From: Gemmatimonadota bacterium
Lineage (GTDB): Bacteria > Gemmatimonadota > Gemmatimonadetes > Palauibacterales > Palauibacteraceae
Assembly (NCBI GenBank): GCA_039588275.1
Contig: JBDHAC010000004.1
Span: forward strand, 1 to 64,000
Length of the DNA: 64,000 nt
Direction: 5' to 3'
A model generated the notes under the pieces. The model searched no databases and was not told the origin of the DNA. It was given only the letters and a program-made list of their open reading frames with translations. Positions 17,314 to 26,595 of this stretch are shown here, piece after piece; positions within the stretch are counted from its first letter, which is position 1, and each line of letters begins with the position of its first letter. Both the position numbers and the translations under genes were made by a program.

Positions 17314-18630
17314 TCAGGACTCCGATAGAACTCGCTCGCTCGTCTCGAAGAATGCCGCCAGCTCCTCGTCCGAGGTCATCAGGTTGGGCGAGATGCGGAC
17401 CGAGTTGAGGCCCTGCGTACGGAAAGGCCTGAACACGAACCCGTGTTCCAGCATGCGCGTCGAGAACTCGGTGCTCGACAGCCCCTCGAGCGAGATGGCG
17501 ACCAGGCAGGCGCCCATCTCCCAGCGCTCGGGCGAGCTCCAGCCGAGACCGGGCGCGGTCTTCACGCGCTCGCGCAACTGCTCGAAGAAGTGGCGATAGC
17601 GGGCCACCTTGGCCTGGAGACCGATCGCGTCCTGAAAATCGAGCGCATCCCCGAGCGCCAACAGCGCCGGGAGATTGCGCGTCCCGTAGTCCTCGTACAC
17701 GCGGGCGCTCCCCGCCCACCGCGTTTGCCCCCAGGTCACCCACATCGCGCGCAGCTCGGCGCGCTTCTCGGGCCGCGCGTACAGGAGTCCGAGGCCCTTT
17801 GGGCACTGCACCCACTTGTGCGGACTCGCGGCGTAGAAGTCGACGCCCGCCACCTCGGCCTCGATCGGAAGCATGCCCACGGTCTGGGCCCCGTCGACGG
17901 CCACGAACTCGACGCCGCGTTCGTGCGCCGCGCTCGCCAGCTCGGCCATCGGGTGCCTCAGACCGACGATGTTGTCGACGTGCGGGAAGGCGAGAACGCG
18001 GGTCTCGGGGCGAATCTGCTCGGCGTGGAGCTGGACGACGTCCTCAGCTGTCAGACCGGGGACGCTCTCGATCGGGATGTCGAACTGCCGGACGGTATAA
18101 CCGCGGGCTTCCGCGTGGTGACGGAAGCACACGCTGGCCCCGTCGTGGTTGAGCGAGCTGAACAGCACCTCGTCCCCGGGACCGAGCGGGAGCCCCTGCG
18201 CGAGCAGGTTGAACCCCTCCGTCGTGTTGTGCGTGATCGCCACGTCCGCGGCCGGGACCCCGAGCGCCGCGGCACCCTTCGCGCGCACGGCCTCGCGCGG
18301 CTCCTCCCACGCACCGCCCCACATGTACAGCCACGGGTTCGTCTCGCACACGCCCAGGTAGGCCTTGTGGGCCTCGTGCACGACGCGAGGGATGGTCCCG
18401 ATCGAAGCGTGATTCAGATAGGCGACGTCGGGGGCGAGGAGGTACTCCTCCCGCATACGGGCCGCGAATCGGCCGAGCTCGCCGTCCGCGTCCAACCGGT
18501 GGGCGCCGACCGCTCCCGAGACGTCCTCGGCCGAGCTTGCCAGCGCGCGATGCGCGTCTACCAAGGGCGCGACGGCAGCCGCGCCCAACGCCCCCGAGGC
18601 CCGCTTCAGGAACTCGCGGCGGTGTGTCAT
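17314..18630 (-). CDS. Tat-exported class V PLP aminotransferase (isopenicillin-N epimerase/cysteine desulfurase-like)
   Basis: Twin-arginine signal HRREFLK; YLNHASIG, NTTEG, VDGAQ, ASPHKW (PLP lysine), GTRN, VRISP. Start overlaps the ppa stop (TGATG). Confidence 0.85.
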   Translation of the reverse strand: MTHRREFLKRASGALGAAAVAPLVDAHRALASSAEDVSGAVGAHRLDADGELGRFAARMREEYLLAPDVAYLNHASIGTIPRVVHEAHKAYLGVCETNPWLYMWGGAWEEPREAVRAKGAAALGVPAADVAITHNTTEGFNLLAQGLPLGPGDEVLFSSLNHDGASVCFRHHAEARGYTVRQFDIPIESVPGLTAEDVVQLHAEQIRPETRVLAFPHVDNIVGLRHPMAELASAAHERGVEFVAVDGAQTVGMLPIEAEVAGVDFYAASPHKWVQCPKGLGLLYARPEKRAELRAMWVTWGQTRWAGSARVYEDYGTRNLPALLALGDALDFQDAIGLQAKVARYRHFFEQLRERVKTAPGLGWSSPERWEMGACLVAISLEGLSSTEFSTRMLEHGFVFRPFRTQGLNSVRISPNLMTSDEELAAFFETSERVLSES

Positions 18631-19190
18631 CAACCTGTCCCGGGGCCCGTCCCGCGCGCGGCCCTGTCGTCACGGTACCGTTCGATCGATGCGTTGATGA
18701 GACCGGCCGCGGCGTAGCGATCTCGCCACCCGCTGATCTTCGTCTGGATGCCCTCGAGGTCTTTGTAGATCGTGAAGAAGTGTTCCACCTCGCGGAGGAA
18801 GTGGGGCGGGACATCCTCCAGCGCTTTCGAGTGGTCGTGCAGGGGATCGCGGAGCGGCACGGCGAGGATCTTCTCGTCCACACCCGCCTGGTCTTCCATC
18901 TCGAACACGCCCAGTGGGCGCACCTCGATCAGACAGCCGGGGAACGTAGGCTCGCTGACCATCACGAGCACATCCATCGGGTCGCCGTCGTCCGCCAACG
19001 TCTGCGGGATGAACCCGTAGTCCGCCGGATAGAAAACGGCGCTGTACAGGAGCCGGTCGAAGCGGATCAGGCCGGTCTCCTTGTCCAGCTCGTACTTGTT
19101 CCGCGAGCCGCGCGGGATCTCGACGAAGACGTTGAGCTCGTCGGGGGGGTTCGGGCCCGTGGGCAAGTCGTGCAGCGGGTTCAGCGCCAT
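18630..19190 (-). CDS. ppa: Inorganic diphosphatase (family I)
   Basis: EIPRGSRNKYE, DRLLYS, YPADYGFIP, DGDPMD, DEKIL, HFFTIYKDLE. Confidence 0.96.
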   Translation of the reverse strand: MALNPLHDLPTGPNPPDELNVFVEIPRGSRNKYELDKETGLIRFDRLLYSAVFYPADYGFIPQTLADDGDPMDVLVMVSEPTFPGCLIEVRPLGVFEMEDQAGVDEKILAVPLRDPLHDHSKALEDVPPHFLREVEHFFTIYKDLEGIQTKISGWRDRYAAAGLINASIERYRDDRAARGTGPGTG

Positions 19191-19231
19191 ATCGGCCCTC
19201 CGGGGCTCACGTCGAGGATTCCGTTCGCCGG

Positions 19232-20899
19232 TCAGAAGAGGCCGACGACCTTCCCGTCTTCGAGGATCTGCATCCCCTCGGCCGCCGGTACCCTGGGCAG
19301 CCCGGGCATGATCATGACCGTACCAGTCCGCGCCACCACGAACCCCGCGCCGGAGGAGGGCCGCAGCTCCTGCACGGTGATCCGGAATCCCTCGGGGCGG
19401 CCGAGAACGGCCGGGTCGTCGGTCAGGCTGTTCGGCGTCTTGGCGATGCAGACCGGTAATCCACCGAGCCCGATCGACTCGAGCTGCTTGAGGTCCTTCT
19501 GCGCGGGCTTCGTGTAGTCCACGCCGTCGGCCCCGTAGACCTGTGTCGCTATCGTCTCGATCTTCTCCGAGAGCGAGGCCTCCAGGGAGTAGAGCGGCGC
19601 GTAGTCGCTCTCGCGGGCCTCGAGGGCGTCGAGGACGGCGCGCGCGAGATCCTCGCTGCCTTCACCGCCGCGGGCATGCCCTTCCCAGCGGGCGGAGCGC
19701 ACCCCGAGCGCCTCGCACGCTTCCGCCATCACGGTCAGCTCCTCCTCCGAGTCCGTGGCGAACACGTTCAGCGCCACCACCGGTGTCACACCGAATCTCC
19801 GCAGGTTCTCGACGTGCTTCTCGAGGTTGGGGGTGCCTCTGCGTACCGCCTCCGGATCCGGCTCGGTCAACGCGTCCCTGGAACCACCGCCGTGCAGCTT
19901 CAGCGCCCGTGTCGTGGCGATCAGCACGACCGCCTCCGGGCGCAGGCCACCGACGCGGCACTTGATGTCGAAGAACTTCTCGGCGCCGAGATCCGATCCG
20001 AACCCGGCCTCGGTCACGACCACATCGCCGAACGCGATCCCGGCCCGTGTCGCCATCAACGAGTTGCACCCGTGCGCGATGTTGGCGAACGGACCGCCGT
20101 GCACGAACGCGGGCGTCCCCTCGAGCGTCTGCACCAGGTTCGGGGACAGGGCCTCGCGCAGGAGGAGCGTCATCGCGCCGCTCACGTTGAGCGATTCCGC
20201 GTACACCGGCTCACCCGACGACGTGTAGCCGAGGAGGATGTTGCCGAGCCGATTCTGCAGGTCCTCGAGGCTCGAGGCCAGGCAGAAGATCGCCATCACC
20301 TCCGATGCGGCGGTGATCATGAAGCCGTCCTCGCGCGGGACGCCGTTGATGCGCCCGCCGAGCCCGAGCACGATGAAGCGCAACGCCCGGTCGTTCATGT
20401 CCACGGCTCGCCTCCAGCTGATCTGCCGGGGGTCGAGGCGGAGCGTGTTCCCCTGGTGCAGGTGATTGTCGAGGGCCGCCGAGAGGAGCGCGTGGGCCGA
20501 TGTGATGGCGTGCAGATCGCCGGTGAAGTGCAGGTTGATGTCGGCCATCGGGATGACCTGCGAGTACCCGCCCCCGGCCGCGCCGCCCTTGATCCCGAAC
20601 ACCGGGCCGAGGCTCGGCTCGCGAAGGGCCAGGACGCTCTTCGTCCCGATGCGGCGTAGCCCATCGGCCAGTCCCACCGCGACCGTGGTCTTTCCTTCGC
20701 CCGCAGCCGTCGGGGTGATCCCCGTCACCAACACGAGTCGCCCGGAGCCCGGCTCGCTCTCGATGATGGTCTCGGGACGGATCTTTGCCTTGAAGTGACC
20801 GTAGGGCTCCAGGTCCTCCGGCGAGAGGCCCAGCGAGGCGGCGATTTCCGTGATCGGGCGCGGGGTCGCGGCCTGCGCGATCTCGACGTCCGTTAACAT
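19232..20899 (-). CDS. fhs: Formate--tetrahydrofolate ligase
   Basis: TPTAAGEGKTT, LREPSLGPVFGIKGGAAGGG, INLHFTGD, HGGPFANIAHG, TEAGFGSDLGAEKF, MPGLP; GGAGGGG RBS upstream of ATG 20899. Confidence 0.97.
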   Translation of the reverse strand: MLTDVEIAQAATPRPITEIAASLGLSPEDLEPYGHFKAKIRPETIIESEPGSGRLVLVTGITPTAAGEGKTTVAVGLADGLRRIGTKSVLALREPSLGPVFGIKGGAAGGGYSQVIPMADINLHFTGDLHAITSAHALLSAALDNHLHQGNTLRLDPRQISWRRAVDMNDRALRFIVLGLGGRINGVPREDGFMITAASEVMAIFCLASSLEDLQNRLGNILLGYTSSGEPVYAESLNVSGAMTLLLREALSPNLVQTLEGTPAFVHGGPFANIAHGCNSLMATRAGIAFGDVVVTEAGFGSDLGAEKFFDIKCRVGGLRPEAVVLIATTRALKLHGGGSRDALTEPDPEAVRRGTPNLEKHVENLRRFGVTPVVALNVFATDSEEELTVMAEACEALGVRSARWEGHARGGEGSEDLARAVLDALEARESDYAPLYSLEASLSEKIETIATQVYGADGVDYTKPAQKDLKQLESIGLGGLPVCIAKTPNSLTDDPAVLGRPEGFRITVQELRPSSGAGFVVARTGTVMIMPGLPRVPAAEGMQILEDGKVVGLF

Positions 20900-21087
20900 A
20901 TCTATACCCCTCCGTTCTGAGGGTCTTCGACCTGTTCTGGCCACGATGACCCGCGGGCGGATCGGCGCGGGTGACCGGGGTTTTCAGGCTATCGACGGTG
21001 CACGCGACAGCCTGGTCCGTGAAGGACTCTACGACTCTTTGCGCCGCTGCAAAACCCGGCGCGAGACATCGTGACGAAACGGTGATG

Positions 21088-22782
21088 CTACGTCGAGGGC
21101 GCGGCCTCACCGGGCGGGCCGAGCCGGCTCAGGATGGCACCGATCAGGACCACCGAAACGGCCCCGACCACGTTGTACCACAGCCACGAGACATCAGTCA
21201 GCCCCCAGACGAGGAAGACCGAAGCCAGTCCGGAGAGGAGCCCGACGAAAGCGGCGGTGGCGGTAGCCCCCGGCACCAGAAACGCCAGCAGGAAGACGCC
21301 GAGCATGGAGCCGTAGAACAGCGAGCCCACCTCGTTGACCGCCTCGATCAGCGAACCCAGCTGGCCCGCGTACAGCGCGAAGGCCATCGCGAACAGTCCC
21401 CAGGCCAGGGTCACGAGACGCGATACCCACAGATAGTGGGCGTCCGCGGCGTCGGGCTTGAAGTACCGCCTGTAGAAATCGATCACCGTCGCGCTCGAAA
21501 GGGCGGTGAGCTCCGAATCGAGCGAGGACATCGCGGCCGCGAAGATGACCGCGATCAAGAGCCCCAGAATGCCCGCCGGCACGTACGTGATCAGATAGGA
21601 GGGGAAGACGTAGTTCACGTCGTTGGAAGAGGCTCCGCGCACGTCCGAGATGAGCTCCTTCGATTCGTCCCTCAGCCGCCCGAGCTCCTCGTCGTACGCG
21701 GCGATCTGCCCTCGCAGAGCGGTCAGATCGCCCCCGGACTCCCGGGCATCGAGCAGCTCGAGCGTGGCCTGCCGCCGCAGATCGTGGGTTGTCGCGTGCG
21801 CTGCCTCGAGCTGCTGGAACTCCCCCGCGCGCGGGCTCTCCTGCACGACCGCGACCTCGGCCGCGTTGAACACCAGCGGCGGACGCTCGAAGTGGTAGAA
21901 CACGTACAAGAGGACCCCGATCGACAGGATGAAGACCTGCATCGGGACCTTCACGAACGCGTTGAAGATGAGCGACAGACGCGACTGCTTGAGAGAGCTG
22001 GCCGTCAGGTAGCGCTGCACCTGGCTCTGGTCGGTTCCGAAGTACGCCAGCGCGAGGAACAGTCCGCCGATCAGCCCCGACCAGACCGTGTAGGTGTTCG
22101 TCGGGTCCCACGACAGGTCGATGCTCGTCCACATCTGCCGGATGCCGCCGATATAGGCGACGTCGGTGACACCGACGCTCGCGGGCAGGGTCGTGAACAG
22201 CACCACCAGCGCGATCCCGATCCCCGCGAACATCATCAGCATCTGGATCACGTCGGTCCAGATCACCGCGGTGATCCCGCCCATGATCGTGTACGCGATC
22301 GTGACCGCGGCCATGATGAGGATGGTGATCGTCTCGTCCCAACCCATGATGACCGACAGCACGATGGCGGGCGCGTACAGCACGATCCCCGCGGCCAGCC
22401 CCCTCGAAAGCAGGAACAGGAAGCTGGTGAGCGAGCGTGTCTTGGCGTCGAAGCGCCGCTCCAGGTACTCGTACGCCGTGAACACCCGCGCGCGGTAGAA
22501 AAACGGCACGAAGATCACGCACAGGAGCACCATCGCGATGGGCTGAGCCAGGTAGACCTGGACGAACTCCATGCCGTCATCGAATGCCTGCCCGGTGGTG
22601 CCGATGTAGGTGATCGCGCTCGCCTGCGTCGCCATCACCGACAGACCGATGGCTCCCCAGTGCAAACGCCGGTTTGCGAGGAAAAAGCCCTCGACTCCCA
22701 CGTTCTTGCGGCTCTGGTAGTACGCGAACACCAGCACGCCCCCGAAGTAGAGCGCGAAGACGAGCCAGTCGGAAACCGTCAT
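21088..22782 (-). CDS. Sodium:solute symporter (SSS family)
   Basis: Many TM helices; GLSVMATQASAIT, TAYEYLERRFD, GGITAVIWTD, GTDQSQVQRYL, AAAMSSLDS. Confidence 0.93.
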   Translation of the reverse strand: MTVSDWLVFALYFGGVLVFAYYQSRKNVGVEGFFLANRRLHWGAIGLSVMATQASAITYIGTTGQAFDDGMEFVQVYLAQPIAMVLLCVIFVPFFYRARVFTAYEYLERRFDAKTRSLTSFLFLLSRGLAAGIVLYAPAIVLSVIMGWDETITILIMAAVTIAYTIMGGITAVIWTDVIQMLMMFAGIGIALVVLFTTLPASVGVTDVAYIGGIRQMWTSIDLSWDPTNTYTVWSGLIGGLFLALAYFGTDQSQVQRYLTASSLKQSRLSLIFNAFVKVPMQVFILSIGVLLYVFYHFERPPLVFNAAEVAVVQESPRAGEFQQLEAAHATTHDLRRQATLELLDARESGGDLTALRGQIAAYDEELGRLRDESKELISDVRGASSNDVNYVFPSYLITYVPAGILGLLIAVIFAAAMSSLDSELTALSSATVIDFYRRYFKPDAADAHYLWVSRLVTLAWGLFAMAFALYAGQLGSLIEAVNEVGSLFYGSMLGVFLLAFLVPGATATAAFVGLLSGLASVFLVWGLTDVSWLWYNVVGAVSVVLIGAILSRLGPPGEAAPST

Positions 22783-22813
22783 CCGGCCAGTCGTGCCAAG
22801 GGAGCCGGTCGCA

Positions 22814-23050
22814 TCAGGAGCTGAAGTCGAGGAGACGCGTGAAGACGTAAAGGAGGACGGTGAGCGCCGCCGTATACAGGACCACGGTCACGTACAGGGC
22901 TCGCCAGCTTCCGAAAATCCCGATCTGCCCATCCTCCTCGCCCGGGTGCTCGCCCTCGATGTGAGGCGCGGACTGCCCGGGCGAGGGTCGTGCCGGCTCT
23001 GGCATCTCCCCCGGCGTGGGCCGGCGGGGTGGGCCTTCGGCCGGCGTCAT
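22814..23050 (-). CDS. Small single-TM protein preceding the SSS gene
   Basis: ATG 23050 overlaps the PIG-L gene stop (ATGA). Pro-rich N-terminus, then FGSWRALYVTVVLYTAALTVLLYVFTRLLDFSS. Position fits an accessory-subunit gene. Confidence 0.65.
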   Translation of the reverse strand: MTPAEGPPRRPTPGEMPEPARPSPGQSAPHIEGEHPGEEDGQIGIFGSWRALYVTVVLYTAALTVLLYVFTRLLDFSS

Positions 23051-25773
23051 GGGTACCTGGGGTCGTCCCAGTCGGTGGGGTCGAGCGAGATGAGGTTGGC
23101 GAACAGCCGGTACGCCCCCGGCACGCCTGCCGGTAGCTGGCGGAAGAACGAGAGCGACGTGTGGGCGTATAACCCATCCCCGTAGCGTGCCACCAGCAGA
23201 CCGCCTCTCAAGGCGTCCTCTCCCTCGTCGGACATCTCGAGAGGGGCCAGGTATCGATCGTCCCATTCGGTCGGGAAGTAGAGCCCCCGTTCCTGCACCC
23301 ATCCCTCGAAGTCGGCTTCCTGCAACCGATTAGGTGTCTCGAACAACTGGAGGTCCGGAACGAGGACGCGAACTTCGGCAGTCTCGTCCGTCACCCGTGG
23401 CGCCGGCCGTCCGATTCGAATCGGGTAGGGGGCGTACTGGCCATCCATGAACTCGTACTTGTTGTACTGCACGATCAAGGTGCCGCCGGCATGGACCCAC
23501 TCGAGGAGAGTCGGGGTCGCGGCGGCGAGATCCGGGCGTACCTCGTACGTGCGCACGCCGAGGACGATGGTCTCGAAGCGAGCGAGCCGCTCAGCGGTCC
23601 AATCCGCCGGCTCGATCATCTCGACCCCCAGCCCCAGCTGCCGGATCGCCGCGGGGCCCTCGTCCCCCGAGCCCATCACGTATCCGATCTTGCGATCCGC
23701 GACCCGAACGGGGATCCGCAGCACGCGGATGGTGGCATCGGTCGCGAACAAACGCCGCTCGATGTGCGGGTAGTCGATGATCTCGATCGCCTGAGAGAAC
23801 GAGTCGCCGTCGCCGGTACGGGCGACCGGTCTCAGCGTGTACGTCCCCTGGCTCGCTCCGCTCGGCTGCAGGCGAAACTCGAACCGCGCCTCCGCGCCCT
23901 CACCCTCCAAGGAAAACGGCGCGGCGGCGGGCTCCGAGAGCCAGCCGTCGGGCGTCTCGAGGGTCAGCGTGCCACTCACCGGGCCCGGGTCCTCGCTGCG
24001 GATCGTGACCGTGAGGTCACGCGGCGACTCGTCGGCGCCCGCCCAAACGAGCGTCGTGGCAGAAGGGCGAACGGAAAGACGGGGCGCGATGTGAACGGGT
24101 CGCCAGAACTCGCCGCTCGCCTTGTCGACGCCGCGGTACCGGATCGCATCGGAGATCTGGAGACGCACGGGCTCGAGCCCTGGCCCCGACAACGTCAGCT
24201 CCTGCCTCATCCCGAATGGGGGCGGGTCGAACGGCTCGTTCCAGAGCGCGTCATCTTCCGGCCACGCGTATACGTCGCCGCGCCGTGGCTCGGCCAGGTA
24301 ATAGGGGAGGCTCGGTCTCGCGGATCGTGGCAGCCGCAGTCGGTATCGCCACACGGCCAGATCGTCGGGCCCGACCGTCGTGAGCGAGCCGGGGTTCGTG
24401 TCGGCCATCCGCTCGCGGGAACGGAAGAACCTCCCGAACAGGCTGCCATCGGGCGGTGGCTCCTCATCCGGTGCGGGCTCGAGTTCGTACTCCCCGTTCG
24501 ACGGCGTGGTCAACGACGGCGGACTCGCTTCGACGCGATACGACCCGCCGCTCCAAACGCGAGTGTCCACGAGGGCGCCCTGACCCGGGACGAGCACATC
24601 GTCGTGGACGCGGCCATCGACGAGCACGCCGGCAGCCGCGAGGATGGCGCGCACGAGCAGATCGCCCCGCCGTCCCAGCTCGCGCTCTAGCTCCACGCCC
24701 TCGTCCCCCGCGAAGGCGAGTGTGGAGATCGCTTCCTGGAGCCGGCTGCGCGCGCGAGCCAGCGGAAGCACCGCGTCCGCGGGGCTAGTGGCGCTCAGTG
24801 ACCGACCCGCCGTCTGGACCTCGTCCCGATACGCATCGATCGCCCGAGCGGCGGCCTCGCGAGAATCGCCGACGAGCTGACGCGTGAGCCCCGTGAGCGT
24901 CGTATCGATGCCCGCGAACAGAGGATCTTTCGGACCCGCGTCTACGCGACTCTCCAGAAGGAGCAGCCCGGTCGTCCTCGGTCCGGGAGTCTGAGCGGTC
25001 CCGAAGTCTTGCGAGCGATGCTGGCTCCGGCTGTCCATCGCCAGCTGATGGTGAGACCGTCCGAGGAGCGGGTCCAGCCTCCCCGTGGGGAGCTGAAGCG
25101 AAGCCGTCTGCGGGTCGAAGAACGTGCGGCGGTACAGCTTGAGCGGCTTCCACGGCTCGAGGCCCGCGTCCCGGTGTTCCGGGAACCGATCGGGGTCGCC
25201 CGCCGCATCGTAGGCCTCACGCGCGAGGATCCCGGCCGCCTGGTGCTGCCCGTGCCCGTCGCTCGGCGTGCCGCTGAATATGGAGACGATGACCTGCGGG
25301 CGGAGTCGCCGCACGGCGCGGACCAGGTCCGACAGGAGCGCTTCACGGGGCCAATGCCGAAAGGTCTCATCCGCGCTCTTGGAATACCCGAAATCGTACG
25401 CTCGGCTGAAGAACTGACTGGCCCCATCCAGGGAACGGGCGGCGAGGAGCTCGCCCGTGCGCACGACCCCTAGGCCTTCTCCCAACTCGGGACCGATGAG
25501 GTTCTGACCTCCCTCGCCGCGCGTGAACGCGAAGTAGCCCACCTCGACGCCCAGGCCGCGCGCGAGAGTTGCCAGGAGAGCGGTGTCCTCGTCGTCCGGG
25601 TGTGCCGCAACGAGCAGGACGCGCTTCACCCCGTCTAGCTGACGCAGCAGGAGCCCGACCTGGTTGGCCGGGGGAGCGGGCGGAGACTGCGCCCGGCCGT
25701 CGGACGGGAGCGCGACGAGCATCCCGATGAGCGCGACCGTGGCCGGCCTGCAAATAACCCTACAAGAACCCAT
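23047..25773 (-). CDS. Secreted PIG-L/LmbE-family deacetylase with Ig-like (NEW3-like) and C-terminal class I glutamine amidotransferase-like regions
   Basis: Signal peptide; AAHPDDED, TRGEGGQN, DFGYSKS, HGQHQ, SRSQHRSQ, GYVMGSGD, GWVQERGLYF, FFRQLPAGVPGAYRLFANL. The first ~240 aa of the listed ORF overlap another gene and are rejected. Confidence 0.88.
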   Translation of the reverse strand: MGSCRVICRPATVALIGMLVALPSDGRAQSPPAPPANQVGLLLRQLDGVKRVLLVAAHPDDEDTALLATLARGLGVEVGYFAFTRGEGGQNLIGPELGEGLGVVRTGELLAARSLDGASQFFSRAYDFGYSKSADETFRHWPREALLSDLVRAVRRLRPQVIVSIFSGTPSDGHGQHQAAGILAREAYDAAGDPDRFPEHRDAGLEPWKPLKLYRRTFFDPQTASLQLPTGRLDPLLGRSHHQLAMDSRSQHRSQDFGTAQTPGPRTTGLLLLESRVDAGPKDPLFAGIDTTLTGLTRQLVGDSREAAARAIDAYRDEVQTAGRSLSATSPADAVLPLARARSRLQEAISTLAFAGDEGVELERELGRRGDLLVRAILAAAGVLVDGRVHDDVLVPGQGALVDTRVWSGGSYRVEASPPSLTTPSNGEYELEPAPDEEPPPDGSLFGRFFRSRERMADTNPGSLTTVGPDDLAVWRYRLRLPRSARPSLPYYLAEPRRGDVYAWPEDDALWNEPFDPPPFGMRQELTLSGPGLEPVRLQISDAIRYRGVDKASGEFWRPVHIAPRLSVRPSATTLVWAGADESPRDLTVTIRSEDPGPVSGTLTLETPDGWLSEPAAAPFSLEGEGAEARFEFRLQPSGASQGTYTLRPVARTGDGDSFSQAIEIIDYPHIERRLFATDATIRVLRIPVRVADRKIGYVMGSGDEGPAAIRQLGLGVEMIEPADWTAERLARFETIVLGVRTYEVRPDLAAATPTLLEWVHAGGTLIVQYNKYEFMDGQYAPYPIRIGRPAPRVTDETAEVRVLVPDLQLFETPNRLQEADFEGWVQERGLYFPTEWDDRYLAPLEMSDEGEDALRGGLLVARYGDGLYAHTSLSFFRQLPAGVPGAYRLFANLISLDPTDWDDPRYP

Positions 25774-25838
25774 GGCGCACGAAACTAGGGCCCCTGGCCC
25801 TGTCGCGCTCGTGATTGTCCCGCTCGACGCCACTCGTC

Positions 25839-26426
25839 TCAGGTCTCGAGATTCGCGACGTGCTCTACCGCTTCGGCGCGACGCCGGGTGCGCCAGACGA
25901 TCCATACGAGCAGCAAGACCGCCACGCCGAGCGCGACCCAGGGAAGGCGCTCGAGAAGCGCGGTGAGTCCCCAGCCCGATGCCGTGAACACGATCGCCCC
26001 CGGGACGATCCCGACCGCTGTGGTCCAGAAGAAGCGCCAGCGGGGGATCGGGGTGAGGCCGGCTCCCCAGTTGAGGGCGGTGAAGGCGATCAGGGGCATG
26101 AAGCGGGCTAGCAGGAGTCCGCCCCAGCCGGCTCGCATCACGACGCGATCGGCTCGTTCGAGGGCCGTGGGGCGAAGGACGCGCTCGGCGGCCGGGCGGC
26201 CCAGGGCGCGCGCGATCTCGAAGCTGGCCGTGGCCCCCGCCATGGCGCCCACCCACGTGATGACCGTCCCTGCGATAGGACCGAACAGGGCTCCGTTGAT
26301 CATGGCCGGAGCCTCGGCGGGGATGGGGAGGATGGCTACGCCGGCCATGACGAGCGGGGCGATCAGGTACGCCCACCCGCCGATCGCCTCCATCCACGCA
26401 CCGATATCGTAGAAGAACTGCTCCAA
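25839..26426 (-). CDS. TVP38/TMEM64 (DedA/VTT-domain) membrane protein
   Basis: TTG 26426 preceded by AGGAG; LPIPAE...NGALFGP...ARALGRP...LLARFMPLIAF...NWGAGLT...FFWTTAVGIVPG. Confidence 0.85.
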   Translation of the reverse strand: MEQFFYDIGAWMEAIGGWAYLIAPLVMAGVAILPIPAEAPAMINGALFGPIAGTVITWVGAMAGATASFEIARALGRPAAERVLRPTALERADRVVMRAGWGGLLLARFMPLIAFTALNWGAGLTPIPRWRFFWTTAVGIVPGAIVFTASGWGLTALLERLPWVALGVAVLLLVWIVWRTRRRAEAVEHVANLET

Positions 26427-26595
26427 CGAGTGCTCCTGCTCCGGGTTCAGCGTCCGGCCAATCTCGGATACGCTCGTGCGGCGGGAAAGGTTGCACACAG
26501 CCTGATCTCGTTCTCCGGCGTTATCTTGTGGGCGGGACCCGGTCCTCACAGGGTAGAGATGCCGGTTCGATCCGAACCGATCGCGGAAGGGCAGA

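Noticed and set aside
20900..21087. ZMP/ZTP or THF riboswitch upstream of fhs
   Set aside because: Consensus elements were not found by eye; kept only as an unassigned structured leader.
25774..26496. N-terminal ~240 aa of the listed 1149-aa PIG-L ORF
   Set aside because: Out-of-frame shadow of the TVP38/DedA gene; the signal peptide begins near 25773.
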